Source of the DNA: a virus
Direction: 5' to 3' (one strand)
DNA: 64,000 bases
IMG/VR virus record: IMGVR_UViG_3300033182_000487
Span: 1 to 64,000 of that record
The notes under the pieces were generated by a model that saw only the letters and a list, made by a program, of their open reading frames with translations, made no database searches and was not told the DNA's origin. Positions 9,569 through 18,578 of this stretch are shown here, in pieces. The position numbers and the translations under genes are program-made. Every line of letters begins with the position of its first letter. Position 1 is the stretch's first letter.

Positions 9569-9638
9569 GGGTGTCTCCGTTGGCCCCTGTGGGGCACATT
9601 GAGTGAGTGAATGGGAGTGTGGGAGGCTCTTGCCTCCC

Positions 9639-9672
9639 GTAGTAGGTACGGGAACCGAAAGGCGCTCCAACC
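9639..9672 (-). promoter_or_regulatory. Class E promoter motif, copy 3, overlapped by a perfect 17-bp inverted repeat (9664-9704)
   Basis: GGTTGGAGC-gcctttcggtt-CCCGTACCTACTAC. Confidence 0.7.
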
Positions 9673-9711
9673 GCCGAGGTCGAAAAAACCTCGGCGGTTG
9701 GAGCCGGAGGA

Positions 9712-10911
9712 CTACAAGTCCTCGTCGGCGAACACGCCACCAGTGACGTGCGCGTCGATGAGGGACTTGGCGATCAGCCGGTTGTCCGGGTCGAGCCGGT
9801 CCAGCCACGCGCGGAAGCCCTTCTTGAGCAGACCCTTCGGCGGGGTGCCGTTGGCCAGCCACAGGAGGTCATCGCACTCGGCGAGGATCTCGCAGAGACC
9901 CCGGTGGGTGAGATCAGCCTCCAGGTCCATGTCGGCCTCGCCCTTGATGGCGAGCCGGATCGCGCCGCAGGCCGCGCCCAACTCGTCGAACAGGGCCGGA
10001 GCCTTGCTGGCGAGGTCAGCGAACTTGCCACGCAGGATCGCGCCCTCGTCCTTCCAGTCGAGGTACTCGGCCTCCACGAAGCGGCCCATGCGGTCAAGCA
10101 GGGACGCATCCATGGCACGGCTGGACATGCGACCGTCCACGTCGCCCGTCCCGCACGAGTTCGCCGTGAAGGCGAAGCGGGTGCCGGGGAACAGGGTGTG
10201 GACCCGACCCGTGGGGCCGACGAGCCGCTTGGAGGTGGTGTCCAGCATGAGCCGGAACTCCTCCAACTGCTCGGGGGTGCCCCGGTCAACGTCACTGAAA
10301 CAGATCAGCGCCGGGTAACGCTTCCCGTCGGTGCCCTCGATGCCGTGAACCAGCGCATCCCAGAGGATGCCGTAGGACCACGAGGTGCCCTGGGAGTCGA
10401 TCTCGCGGCTGTAAAACCACCGCTTGACGTCGGTCCCGCTGGTGAAGGTGTAGATCAGGCTCGGGGTGCGCGTGTCGGCGCAGTAGGCCGAGATCGCCGC
10501 GTCCTTGCCCGTGCCGCTCGGACCCCAGTAAAAGACGGGGTGCCCACGGCGCAGCGCCAGGACGACGCGACGAGCGCGCTCCAGCGCCTTGCCCGTGGAC
10601 GGCCACTGGTAGCCGTCGGGCTTGGGCAGGCACTGACCCTCCGCGATGTTGACGTTGACGGGCGCGGCAACGCCCATCATGTCATGGGAGAGGGTGGCCA
10701 GCGCAGGAGCGGGCTGGCGACGACGGCCCTTGCGCTTGTCCATGACGCCCTGGATCAGGGCGTGGGACACGGTCGCAGCACCGGGGTGCTGGGCGAGGTA
10801 GTCGGCCACCGAGAGGCCGTGGGCCTCGCGCAGGTGGTCGAGGAGGGAGTGGCTCTTGTGGCCACAGATCGCGCAGACGGCGCGGTCATCAACAAGGTGA
10901 AGTGCAGGCAT
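9712..10911 (-). CDS. CobS/MoxR-like AAA+ ATPase with N-terminal C2H2-type Zn finger
   Basis: CAIC...H...H; Walker A GPSGTGKD; Walker B variant CFSDVDR; TANS; MDASLLDRM. Confidence 0.85.
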   Translation of the reverse strand: MPALHLVDDRAVCAICGHKSHSLLDHLREAHGLSVADYLAQHPGAATVSHALIQGVMDKRKGRRRQPAPALATLSHDMMGVAAPVNVNIAEGQCLPKPDGYQWPSTGKALERARRVVLALRRGHPVFYWGPSGTGKDAAISAYCADTRTPSLIYTFTSGTDVKRWFYSREIDSQGTSWSYGILWDALVHGIEGTDGKRYPALICFSDVDRGTPEQLEEFRLMLDTTSKRLVGPTGRVHTLFPGTRFAFTANSCGTGDVDGRMSSRAMDASLLDRMGRFVEAEYLDWKDEGAILRGKFADLASKAPALFDELGAACGAIRLAIKGEADMDLEADLTHRGLCEILAECDDLLWLANGTPPKGLLKKGFRAWLDRLDPDNRLIAKSLIDAHVTGGVFADEDL

Positions 10912-10982
10912 GGTGTCTCCGTTGGCCCCTTGCTGGGGCACTGTGAGTGGAAGGGAATGAGAGAGGGTCAGGAGCGACCCTC

Positions 10983-11016
10983 GTAGTAGGTACGGAAGCC
11001 CGGTCAGGCTCCAACC
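10983..11016 (-). promoter_or_regulatory. Class E promoter motif, copy 4
   Basis: GGTTGGAGC-ctgaccgggct-TCCGTACCTACTAC. Confidence 0.7.
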
Positions 11017-11033
11017 AGACCGGGCGAACTTTT

Positions 11034-11417
11034 TCAGTCGAACATGGCGAGCATCGCCTTGAGCAGGCGGTACTCGTCGCGACGGGCAGCGATGTACCGC
11101 TCGCCGACGGCGATGATGTGCTTGCACACCATGCCGCGATCCTGGTGGTCGCGGCAGGTGCAGGACATGCGGCGGACACGGCCACGGACGGGGCCTTCGA
11201 TGACCACGTTGTAGACGGTGTCGCTGGTCGCGCTCTCCACGGTCGCCGTGATGGCTCCCGTGCTCTTGCTCTCGACCGCCTTGACGACGGCGACGGTCGC
11301 CGCGCGCTGGGCACGGCGGGACTCGGCACCGTCCAACAGGATGCGGACGGCCTTGCCGCGCTCGATCAGCGTGGCCTGCCGAGACTCGATCTCGGCGATG
11401 GTGATTGCCTTGGACAT
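11034..11417 (-). CDS. SWIM zinc-finger protein
   Basis: YNVVI...SCTCRD...VCKHIIAV. Confidence 0.8.
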   Translation of the reverse strand: MSKAITIAEIESRQATLIERGKAVRILLDGAESRRAQRAATVAVVKAVESKSTGAITATVESATSDTVYNVVIEGPVRGRVRRMSCTCRDHQDRGMVCKHIIAVGERYIAARRDEYRLLKAMLAMFD

Positions 11418-11447
11418 AGGATGCCTCCGGGGTTTGATGTTGGGTTC

Positions 11448-11481
11448 ATAGGGGGTACGGAAGCCCGCCGACGCTCCAACC
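11448..11481 (-). promoter_or_regulatory. Class E promoter motif, copy 5
   Basis: GGTTGGAGC-gtcggcgggct-TCCGTACC. Confidence 0.65.
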
Positions 11482-11548
11482 AGCCGGGCCAGATTATTTC
11501 GGCCCATGGGGTGTCTTACTCGATGATCCCACGTCGCCGACCCCCTGC

Positions 11549-11583
11549 CCGCCATCCCCTCTACTGCGTAGAGGGGATGGCGG
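11549..11583. repeat. Perfect 16-bp inverted repeat with 3-nt loop at the divergence point
   Basis: CCGCCATCCCCTCTAC-TGC-GTAGAGGGGATGGCGG. Confidence 0.8.
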
Positions 11584-11726
11584 ATTTCTCGAAATCCTTG
11601 TTGCGGGGCTGGGGTCACTGGGATCACGGCGCTGGGGTCGCTGTTGCACCAGGTGAGAGATCGCTCCCCCACGATCCCGCGCCAACGCCCGCTTTCGCGC
11701 TTTTTCGGGCTTTTTTGGGGCTGGGT

Positions 11727-11760
11727 GGTTGGAGCGTGGTTGGGTTCCCGTATCTCCAAT
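11727..11760 (+). promoter_or_regulatory. Class E promoter motif, copy 6
   Basis: GGTTGGAGC-gtggttgggtt-CCCGTATC. Confidence 0.65.
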
Positions 11761-11833
11761 GTGGGGGCACACCTGCCCCCCCTCCCTTCCCTTCACACTC
11801 AACGTGCCGCGACGAGCGGCCACTGGAGACACC

Positions 11834-12937
11834 ATGAGCAAGCAAACCGCCCCACAGGGCACCCTGACCTTGGATGGTCGCAAGTGGATCGGAGCCGCGC
11901 AGGCTTCGGTCAACTCGATCCTCGGCAACGACGCCCCGAAGGTCTCGTCGCGAGGCCAGCAGTTTTTCAATATCAATAGGTGGACTGCTCGGACCCTGTT
12001 CGCGAAGTTGGCCGAGTCGATCAAGTACGGCAACGTGATGGACGAGTGGACCGTCCGCAACGCCATCGCCCTCGCCAACGGCACCAGTGTGCCGAACCGG
12101 GAGATCGTCATCGCGGCGGTCCCTGACCGCATCCCAACGTGGCTGGCCCGGTCCAGCGTCGGGGGCCGCTACCACGAGGCGTGGCACGACCTGTACTCGT
12201 GTACCCGTGACCTCGACTTCGACGAGGTCTTCGGTCCGCTGATGCAGCGGTGGCCGATGCTCGCTGACTGGAGCCCGTTCGTCGGTGCCGTGCTCACCTG
12301 GGGCAACGTCATCGAAGACATCCGCATCGAGCGGCATGGCTGCAAGGAGCATCCCGGCTCCCAGGACAAGATGCAAGACTTGCAGGACTTGATCCTCAAG
12401 TTGGAGGCCGACGGTCGCACGGCTGCGGAGCACAAGGGCCTGCCCACGAACGACGACATGGCTGTGGTCATGGGCGCGTTCCGTGATCTCGGACTCGGCT
12501 ACGAGACCGAGGCCCAGCAGGCTGCGCTCGCTGGCTACCAGCAGCGGTCGCCCGCTGGCTGGCGTCTGGTCACCCAGGGTGCCCTTAAGCCCCTCCTGGA
12601 CCGTGCCATCACCATGGGTCGGGACGATGATCTCGGTCACTGGTGGCTCGCCATGGAGGTCGTGGCTGTGCTCGCGACCCTCGGCCAGCAGCCGCAGGGA
12701 CGTCCCCAGCCTCCGCAGGACGGCGGCGGCGAGGGCCAGCCCGGTCAGCCCCAGCCCGACGGTGAGGGCGGTGAGGGCGGCGACAGTAAGCCTCCCCGGT
12801 TCCCCCTGTTCAAGGTGGGCGACCGTGCGAAGGCGAAGCGCGGCCCCCATCGCGGCAAGATCGTGGAGGTCACGTTCGCTGGTCCTCCCGACGAGGACGG
12901 GCGGCAGACCCTCAAGTTCGCCCCGGTCCTCGACTGA
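11834..12937 (+). CDS. CobT-like N-terminal (metallopeptidase-like) protein with C-terminal KOW-like motif
   Basis: YHEAWH (HExxH), GNVIEDIRIE, acidic Gly-rich linker, FKVGDRAKAKRGPHRGK. Confidence 0.7.
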   Translation: MSKQTAPQGTLTLDGRKWIGAAQASVNSILGNDAPKVSSRGQQFFNINRWTARTLFAKLAESIKYGNVMDEWTVRNAIALANGTSVPNREIVIAAVPDRIPTWLARSSVGGRYHEAWHDLYSCTRDLDFDEVFGPLMQRWPMLADWSPFVGAVLTWGNVIEDIRIERHGCKEHPGSQDKMQDLQDLILKLEADGRTAAEHKGLPTNDDMAVVMGAFRDLGLGYETEAQQAALAGYQQRSPAGWRLVTQGALKPLLDRAITMGRDDDLGHWWLAMEVVAVLATLGQQPQGRPQPPQDGGGEGQPGQPQPDGEGGEGGDSKPPRFPLFKVGDRAKAKRGPHRGKIVEVTFAGPPDEDGRQTLKFAPVLD

Positions 12938-12960
12938 TCGCGACTTTTTCGGAGCCGGGT

Positions 12961-12994
12961 GGTTGGAGCGCCACCCGGCTCCCGTATCTACTAC
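12961..12994 (+). promoter_or_regulatory. Class E promoter motif, copy 7
   Basis: GGTTGGAGC-gccacccggct-CCCGTATCTACTAC. Confidence 0.7.
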
Positions 12995-13063
12995 GAGGGG
13001 CACCTTCGCCCCCACTCCCTTCCCATTCACATCCCGTGCCCCACAGGGGGCCAAGGAGACACC

Positions 13064-14647
13064 ATGCTTACTTCAATCCTTGAGCGTCTCGGCGCTGCCA
13101 TCTTCGGCAGCAACGAAGACCTCTCCCCCATGCCCCAGCCCAGCGACGACCAGTCCGGCGGCAAGGGCGACAGCAACGACGACACCGACACCGAGCAGGA
13201 CGACGAGTCCGGCGAGGGTGGCGAGTCGGGCGAGTCCGGCGACGACGAGCAGGACGGCGACAGCGCCGACGGTGAGTCCGGCCAGGACGGCGACGACGGC
13301 GACGAGTCCGACGGTTCCGGTGACGGTTCCGAGGACGGCGACGACGGCGAAGGCTCCGACGACGACGGCAGCGACGGTGGCGACACCGACGGTGACCAGC
13401 CCGGAGACTCCGACGGCGGCGAGTCCGGCGGCGGCGATTCCGACGGCGAGTCGGGCGAGTCCGACGCCGACGGTGGCGAGCAGACCGACGACGTGGACCC
13501 GAACAGCGACAAGACCGCTGGCGGCCACGACGACCAGGGCGAGTTCGCCGAGGCCCTGATCGACGGGCTCAAGGCTCCCCAGGATCACATCCTGGACGCT
13601 GCGGACGCTCTCCAGCAGGCCACCGACTCCTGCCGCACGGAGGACGACGTCCAGCCCGGTGAGCAGGTCTGGCGTCCCTACGACCCAGAGGACGACCTGA
13701 TCGCGAAGCCGAAGGGCGACAAGGTCCAGTCCGCGATCCTCCACAAGGAGGCGAAGGTCATCACCGCTGCCCTGCGGACGCAGTTTCGGCGGCGCTTCCT
13801 CGCTGCCCGGAACCCCCGTGAGCAGCACGGCGTCCGGCGCGGCAAGGATCTGTCCGAGCGGCGTCTCGTCGAGTCCTTCGTCGAGATCAAGTCCGGTGTG
13901 CGGCCCAGCCGTCCCGACTACAAGATCACCGCCCAGCAGGACGTGAGCCTGTGCCTCGGTGTGGTCATCGACCAGTCCGGGTCTATGCACGGTCGCGAGC
14001 AGCACGCTGCTGCGGTGTCCGCGCTCGCCATGGCTGAGGCGTTCGATAGCCTCAACGCTCCGGTGATGGTCTGTGGTCCCCGGAACGGTGGCCGTGGTGT
14101 CCGTGGTGGTCGTCAAGGCTACTTGACGGACTACTACCACGAGGACAGCCACACGGGTCAGACGGGCTACGGCGTGGGCACCGGCTCGCTGCAATACCAC
14201 CGTCACGAGCGCATCGTGCTGGACGTCTTCAAGGACTGGGACGAGTCCTTCAAGCAGGTCAAGCACCGTTTCAGCAGTGTCCAGGCCACTGGCTCGACGC
14301 CCCTGTCGGACGGCATCCAGTTCGCCCTCCAGGAGTTGTCCAACCGCCCCGAGCGTCACCGGATCATCGTGGTCCTGACCGACGGCGAGCCGGACCACCG
14401 TGCTGTGGTGAAGCGCCAGATCCGGCTGGCCCGCGAGGCCGGGATCACCGTGATCGGTGTCGGCATCAGCGGTGCCGAGTACGCGGTGCCCGCCCTGTTC
14501 GTTGACCACCACATCGTGGTCAACGATCTCCAGGAGTTGCCGAAGCGCATGATCGAGGTCGTGGGTGCCATCGTGTTCCCCCGCACTGCGAAGCGCGCGG
14601 CCCTGGACGGTCGTGTGGGCTCCAAGCGAGCCCGCCGCCGGGCGTAG
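13064..14647 (+). CDS. CobT-like VWA-domain protein with long D/E/G/S acidic tract
   Basis: MIDAS VIDQSGSM, GSTPL, VLTDGEP, GVGI. Confidence 0.85.
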   Translation: MLTSILERLGAAIFGSNEDLSPMPQPSDDQSGGKGDSNDDTDTEQDDESGEGGESGESGDDEQDGDSADGESGQDGDDGDESDGSGDGSEDGDDGEGSDDDGSDGGDTDGDQPGDSDGGESGGGDSDGESGESDADGGEQTDDVDPNSDKTAGGHDDQGEFAEALIDGLKAPQDHILDAADALQQATDSCRTEDDVQPGEQVWRPYDPEDDLIAKPKGDKVQSAILHKEAKVITAALRTQFRRRFLAARNPREQHGVRRGKDLSERRLVESFVEIKSGVRPSRPDYKITAQQDVSLCLGVVIDQSGSMHGREQHAAAVSALAMAEAFDSLNAPVMVCGPRNGGRGVRGGRQGYLTDYYHEDSHTGQTGYGVGTGSLQYHRHERIVLDVFKDWDESFKQVKHRFSSVQATGSTPLSDGIQFALQELSNRPERHRIIVVLTDGEPDHRAVVKRQIRLAREAGITVIGVGISGAEYAVPALFVDHHIVVNDLQELPKRMIEVVGAIVFPRTAKRAALDGRVGSKRARRRA

Positions 14648-14720
14648 CCCTTCCCCGCCCCTGGGGGCCCTCACGGGCTCCTGGGGGCTTTCCCCTTCCA
14701 CCCTTGACCAAGGAGACCCC

Positions 14721-14921
14721 ATGGACGTCAATGACATGGGCGACGGGCGCATCGCGCTCACCGGGACCAAAGACGAGTTGGACGCCGCGACCCTTTGGGC
14801 GCGGGCCGTGCTCCACATGGCCTTCGGTCCCGAGGCGGGCGAGGAACGCTTCCGTGCCGTTCCGGCACTGGCTGTGCTCCTCGCCTACCGGGAACACGTC
14901 GCCAACGCCCCCGAGTGTTGA
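14721..14921 (+). CDS. Hypothetical protein
   Basis: AGGAG RBS; followed by a terminator-like hairpin. Confidence 0.6.
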   Translation: MDVNDMGDGRIALTGTKDELDAATLWARAVLHMAFGPEAGEERFRAVPALAVLLAYREHVANAPEC

Positions 14922-14938
14922 TCCCCCATCCACCCAGA

Positions 14939-14984
14939 CAGGCCCCCCGACCGCTTCGTGCGGCGGGGGGCCTGTTCGTTCGTT
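14939..14984 (+). terminator. Rho-independent terminator-like hairpin
   Basis: CAGGCCCCCCG...CGGGGGGCCTG followed by TTCGTTCGTT. Confidence 0.55.
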
Positions 14985-15171
14985 GGCCCTCGGCGCTACC
15001 CCTCCACGGTGGCCCTCCGGGGGCCGACCTCTCCCCCCACCGAGAAATCTGTGGAACCGGCGACATAAATCATGGGGGCCCCCCGGCCTGTCATGACGGG
15101 CGCATTGAAACCGCGTGGAAAACCGAAACGCTGATCCCAACCCCCCTTGCCATCCCCTTTCCCTGCGGGAA

Positions 15172-15431
15172 CTGGAGCGGCGCGAGGAGGAGGAGGAGGA
15201 GGAGGAGGAGCGGCGCGAGGAGGAGGAGCGGAGGAGGAGCGGTTGGTCAGCGCGAGCGAGGAGCGGTTGGTGTCTCCCACAGAGGGGGCCTCTCTCACAC
15301 AGGATCACAGGATCACGAGATCAATGACTCCCCGGCTGCGAAATAGTTTCGCGGCTGGTCCCAGAACAGAAATCTCAACCCCCTACGGCTTCCTACGGTT
15401 GCCAGCCGTTGCCAGCCGTTGCCTACGGTTG
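15172..15431. repeat. Non-coding island: GGA-rich tract, AGGATCACAGGATCAC, five 10-bp tandem units
   Basis: (GGA)n runs 15172-15265; 16-mer at 15301-15316; CCTACGGTTG/CCAGCCGTTG units 15382-15431. Confidence 0.7.
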
Positions 15432-15517
15432 CCATCTGCCCTGTGGCCTCGGGGGAAGTCGGGGGAAGGAAGCATGGTTCACATCGGTACTCTACGGAGA
15501 AATCTTTGGGAGGTCCG

Positions 15518-16318
15518 ATGAAAGACGACGCGCAAGCCCCAACGGAAGGTGTGCAAACGACAACGGAAGCAGACTTCAAGTTCACCCGGACGGACGCCCG
15601 GCAGGTTCGCCCTGACCTGGGATGCCTCCACTCGGGCATCTACCACCTGTGGAACAGCCTCCCCCGGAGGATGGGATCACCGGATGTGTACAACACCTAC
15701 ACCATCATGGCTCTGGCTTGCGGCGAAGACATCGAGGGTCTTCCCCACGATGACCCTCGGCGGAAGTTCATCCGACGGATGACCGTCGAGCAGTGTCTGA
15801 TGATCGCAGACGCGGTGCTGGAAGACCCTGGAGGCAACCCGTCACGCTTCAACCCGCTTGCCCTTCTTCACCGGGGGTCTTCCCACATCAAACCGGCGCG
15901 GTCGTGGGCGACGGTCATCCGGCTTCACATCAAGCACCGGCACTTGCGGCATCTGCTCGTGGAGGCTTGCATCCACGAGGACAAGCGGATCCAGGCCGAG
16001 CGAAGGGAAGCCGCACGGGTCCGCGCAGAGAAGCGTCGGGCCGTCGAGCGTGAAGAAGCCTTGCGCCAGGAGCGGCAGAAGCGCCATCGGATTCGGACGG
16101 ACGTCACCTATGTGACCCGAAGGTACGGGAAGCGGCACGGTGAGAACCTTCGCGCCCACCTGGAGGGTCGAAGCCTGCCGTACCCCTACCGCTGCACCAT
16201 CTGTGGCTTCATCACGAGCAACGAACACGGGCTGAGGGCGCACGTCACAGGGAAGCACGGGGATCACGCCCGAGAAGAACCGGCAGGCGAAGTCCTGACC
16301 GGACCCGTGTGGAAGTGA
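15518..16318 (+). CDS. Hypothetical protein with C-terminal C2H2 zinc finger
   Basis: GGAGG RBS; YRCTICGF...LRAHVTGKH. Confidence 0.7.
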   Translation: MKDDAQAPTEGVQTTTEADFKFTRTDARQVRPDLGCLHSGIYHLWNSLPRRMGSPDVYNTYTIMALACGEDIEGLPHDDPRRKFIRRMTVEQCLMIADAVLEDPGGNPSRFNPLALLHRGSSHIKPARSWATVIRLHIKHRHLRHLLVEACIHEDKRIQAERREAARVRAEKRRAVEREEALRQERQKRHRIRTDVTYVTRRYGKRHGENLRAHLEGRSLPYPYRCTICGFITSNEHGLRAHVTGKHGDHAREEPAGEVLTGPVWK

Positions 16319-16360
16319 GCGGAGGGTAGCGTAGCGACATCAAGCGACAGCGAGACTGAC

Positions 16361-16774
16361 ATGACGACCACCCACCAACTCACCGTCGGCGACGACGGAC
16401 AACTGCTGTGCCCGTGTGGTCACGACTACCTCCACTTCTACAAGGTGGTCGTGTCTCAGGCTCCTCGTGACGAGCACGTCGTCCAGGACTACACGTTCAA
16501 GTGCATCGAGCGCATCTGTGGACCTGCCCGGCCTGTGGTCCCGTCCACGGAGCGCAGATCGTCGCTCCGTGGAGGTGGGGTCACGACGACCTACTGGTGT
16601 GAAGCCTGTGGGCACTTGACCCACGAGACCCGGACGTTCCACAAGGGCATGACCTACAGCACGGTCGTGTACGACACGTCGGTCGATGTCCACGACGAAA
16701 TGTTCGCTGCGGAGCGGGACCGGGGCATGATCGGGTCACACGACCACTGGCGCGACTACGACCCGGCCTCGTAG
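16361..16774 (+). CDS. Hypothetical Zn-binding protein
   Basis: CPCG...CEACG...FHKG. Confidence 0.65.
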   Translation: MTTTHQLTVGDDGQLLCPCGHDYLHFYKVVVSQAPRDEHVVQDYTFKCIERICGPARPVVPSTERRSSLRGGGVTTTYWCEACGHLTHETRTFHKGMTYSTVVYDTSVDVHDEMFAAERDRGMIGSHDHWRDYDPAS

Positions 16775-16789
16775 CCTGAGCCCTGAGTC

Positions 16790-17050
16790 CTACCCTTCTC
16801 TCTGGGACCGCTTGAAGCCCAGCCAGAAGCCCAGGGCAACCGCCAGATGCAGCCCCATGGACGCGAACGTCTCTACGTCGGCGTGGTAGTCGGTCACATG
16901 CAGGTGGACCTGGCCGACGACCCAGAACGGGATTGCGAACTGCTCGCTGTACCAGATCAGGCTGTACTCGACGAAGTCCTTGAGCGTCTGGGCTCTCGTC
17001 CTGCTCGGCAGGTCCGGCGGGTCCGGCGCGTCTGGCGGGTCGTAGGTCAT
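16790..17050 (-). CDS. Small membrane protein
   Basis: Hydrophobic segments; fills the gap between neighbours. Confidence 0.5.
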   Translation of the reverse strand: MTYDPPDAPDPPDLPSRTRAQTLKDFVEYSLIWYSEQFAIPFWVVGQVHLHVTDYHADVETFASMGLHLAVALGFWLGFKRSQREG

Positions 17051-17157
17051 GCCTCGGCAGGATCATAGAAATCCCACCGAAGGCGCTGGTGATCTCGCCG
17101 ATGTCGGTAGTACCTCACAGCCAGTCCGCTCCGAGACCGGCAAACAGGAAGGAGCCC

Positions 17158-17649
17158 ATGACCAACGACAGCCCAAAGCCTCGGTTGACCATCGAACTCG
17201 TCCCACAGGGCCAGTGGGGGATCAACCTCCGCTCCGAGTTGCCCTCGGGCGAGTGGAACCGTCTCCGGCGAAGCGTCTACCACGCGGCCAACTACCGCTG
17301 CGAAGTCTGCAACGGCGTCGGACCGAAGCACCCTGTCGAGTGCCACGAACGCTGGGACTACAACGAGGAGACGAAGACCCAGACCCTCGTGGGCTTGATC
17401 GCCCTGTGCCCCTCGTGCCACGAGGTCAAGCACATCGGGCGCACCATGACCATCGGCAAGGGCAGTCTGGCCCTGGCCCACATGATGGAGGTCAACGACT
17501 GGGAGGCGCACGAAGCAGCCCTCTACGTCGAGAGCGCCTTTGCGGTTTGGGAGCGCAGGAGCGCCGAGGACTGGACTCTGGACATCTCGTGGATCCACGA
17601 CCAGGGCCTTGAGGCGAAGCCCCCCGTAGACGGACTGGAGGACTTGTAG
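17158..17649 (+). CDS. HNH-like nuclease / Zn-finger protein
   Basis: YRCEVC...VECHERW...ALCPSCHEVKH. Confidence 0.75.
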   Translation: MTNDSPKPRLTIELVPQGQWGINLRSELPSGEWNRLRRSVYHAANYRCEVCNGVGPKHPVECHERWDYNEETKTQTLVGLIALCPSCHEVKHIGRTMTIGKGSLALAHMMEVNDWEAHEAALYVESAFAVWERRSAEDWTLDISWIHDQGLEAKPPVDGLEDL

Positions 17650-17650
17650 G

Positions 17651-18298
17651 ATGGCTGGACGAATGAGGTCTGCCCGACAGGCGGCTCTTGCCGGGTTCCG
17701 GGGAGCGTTGGTGACGTCCCTCTGGGGCGACTACTACGACCTGGCCTACGGCAGCAGTGTCCATCAGGACTTCGACGTGCGTATCAACAACTTCAAGCAC
17801 GGGGCGTACCGGGATCAATGGACCCTGGAGGTCACTCACATCCCGACGAAGACTCGGTGGGCGGCCCAGGCCACGTTGGACACCAAAGCCCTTGAGGATG
17901 TCTCGTCGGACGAGACGGCTCTGATGATGCTGGAGGACGCCATCCTGCGGCTGGCGCGGCAGGTGGCTCCCCACATGTACCACCTCGACCCCCGCATCGG
18001 GACGATGTTCACCGGGGTCAACGGTGATCCTCTGCCCTCGTGCCCCCTGTTCGACCGCATCGACGGCGCTGGCTTCCGCCAGGAGCAGACACTTCGCGCC
18101 CTCACCACGAGGACGGCCCAACTCCAGCACCTGACCTCAAAGACCCCATCCGAGGTCGAACCCGCCATTCACGTCGGTGGAGTGCCTCACACCTGCCCCT
18201 TTTGCCGGGAGAGCCTCCTGTTCCCCGTCTCGGGCAAGGCCGTCGTGTGGGGCGGTGGTGCGCTGTGCTGGACCCACAAGGAGTGCCTCCCCGCCTAA
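17651..18298 (+). CDS. Hypothetical protein with C-terminal Zn finger
   Basis: CPFC...HKEC. Confidence 0.65.
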   Translation: MAGRMRSARQAALAGFRGALVTSLWGDYYDLAYGSSVHQDFDVRINNFKHGAYRDQWTLEVTHIPTKTRWAAQATLDTKALEDVSSDETALMMLEDAILRLARQVAPHMYHLDPRIGTMFTGVNGDPLPSCPLFDRIDGAGFRQEQTLRALTTRTAQLQHLTSKTPSEVEPAIHVGGVPHTCPFCRESLLFPVSGKAVVWGGGALCWTHKECLPA

Positions 18299-18350
18299 TC
18301 ACACCCCCGGAGGGGGCAGACCTCTGTCCCCGTTCCAGTAAAGGATCACC

Positions 18351-18575
18351 ATGAGAAGCAAAGCCGAAGAAGCCTTCATCGACCAGAAGACCCGCAGCCT
18401 CACCGTGGAGTGGGCGGACCACATGGTCCGCTACCCCGGTGGGGTACCTCTGTGGGAGAGGGTCGCACCCGTCTACTTCGACCACGCTCTGGCGAAGGGG
18501 TGGATCACCAAGCGGGAACCCCACCGCCTCACGGCCAAGGGCTTTGGTGTCGCCGCATCTTTCCTCAAGAGGTGA
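18351..18575 (+). CDS. Hypothetical protein
   Basis: RBS and operon context. Confidence 0.6.
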   Translation: MRSKAEEAFIDQKTRSLTVEWADHMVRYPGGVPLWERVAPVYFDHALAKGWITKREPHRLTAKGFGVAASFLKR

Positions 18576-18578
18576 TGA

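Noticed and set aside
7793-12994. 34-bp repeats as a CRISPR array
   Set aside because: The copies are separated by whole genes, occur on both strands and have a variable core; they fit promoters.
15115-15327. Poly-Glu ORF over the GGA tract
   Set aside because: No RBS or canonical start; the low-complexity tract is open in several frames.
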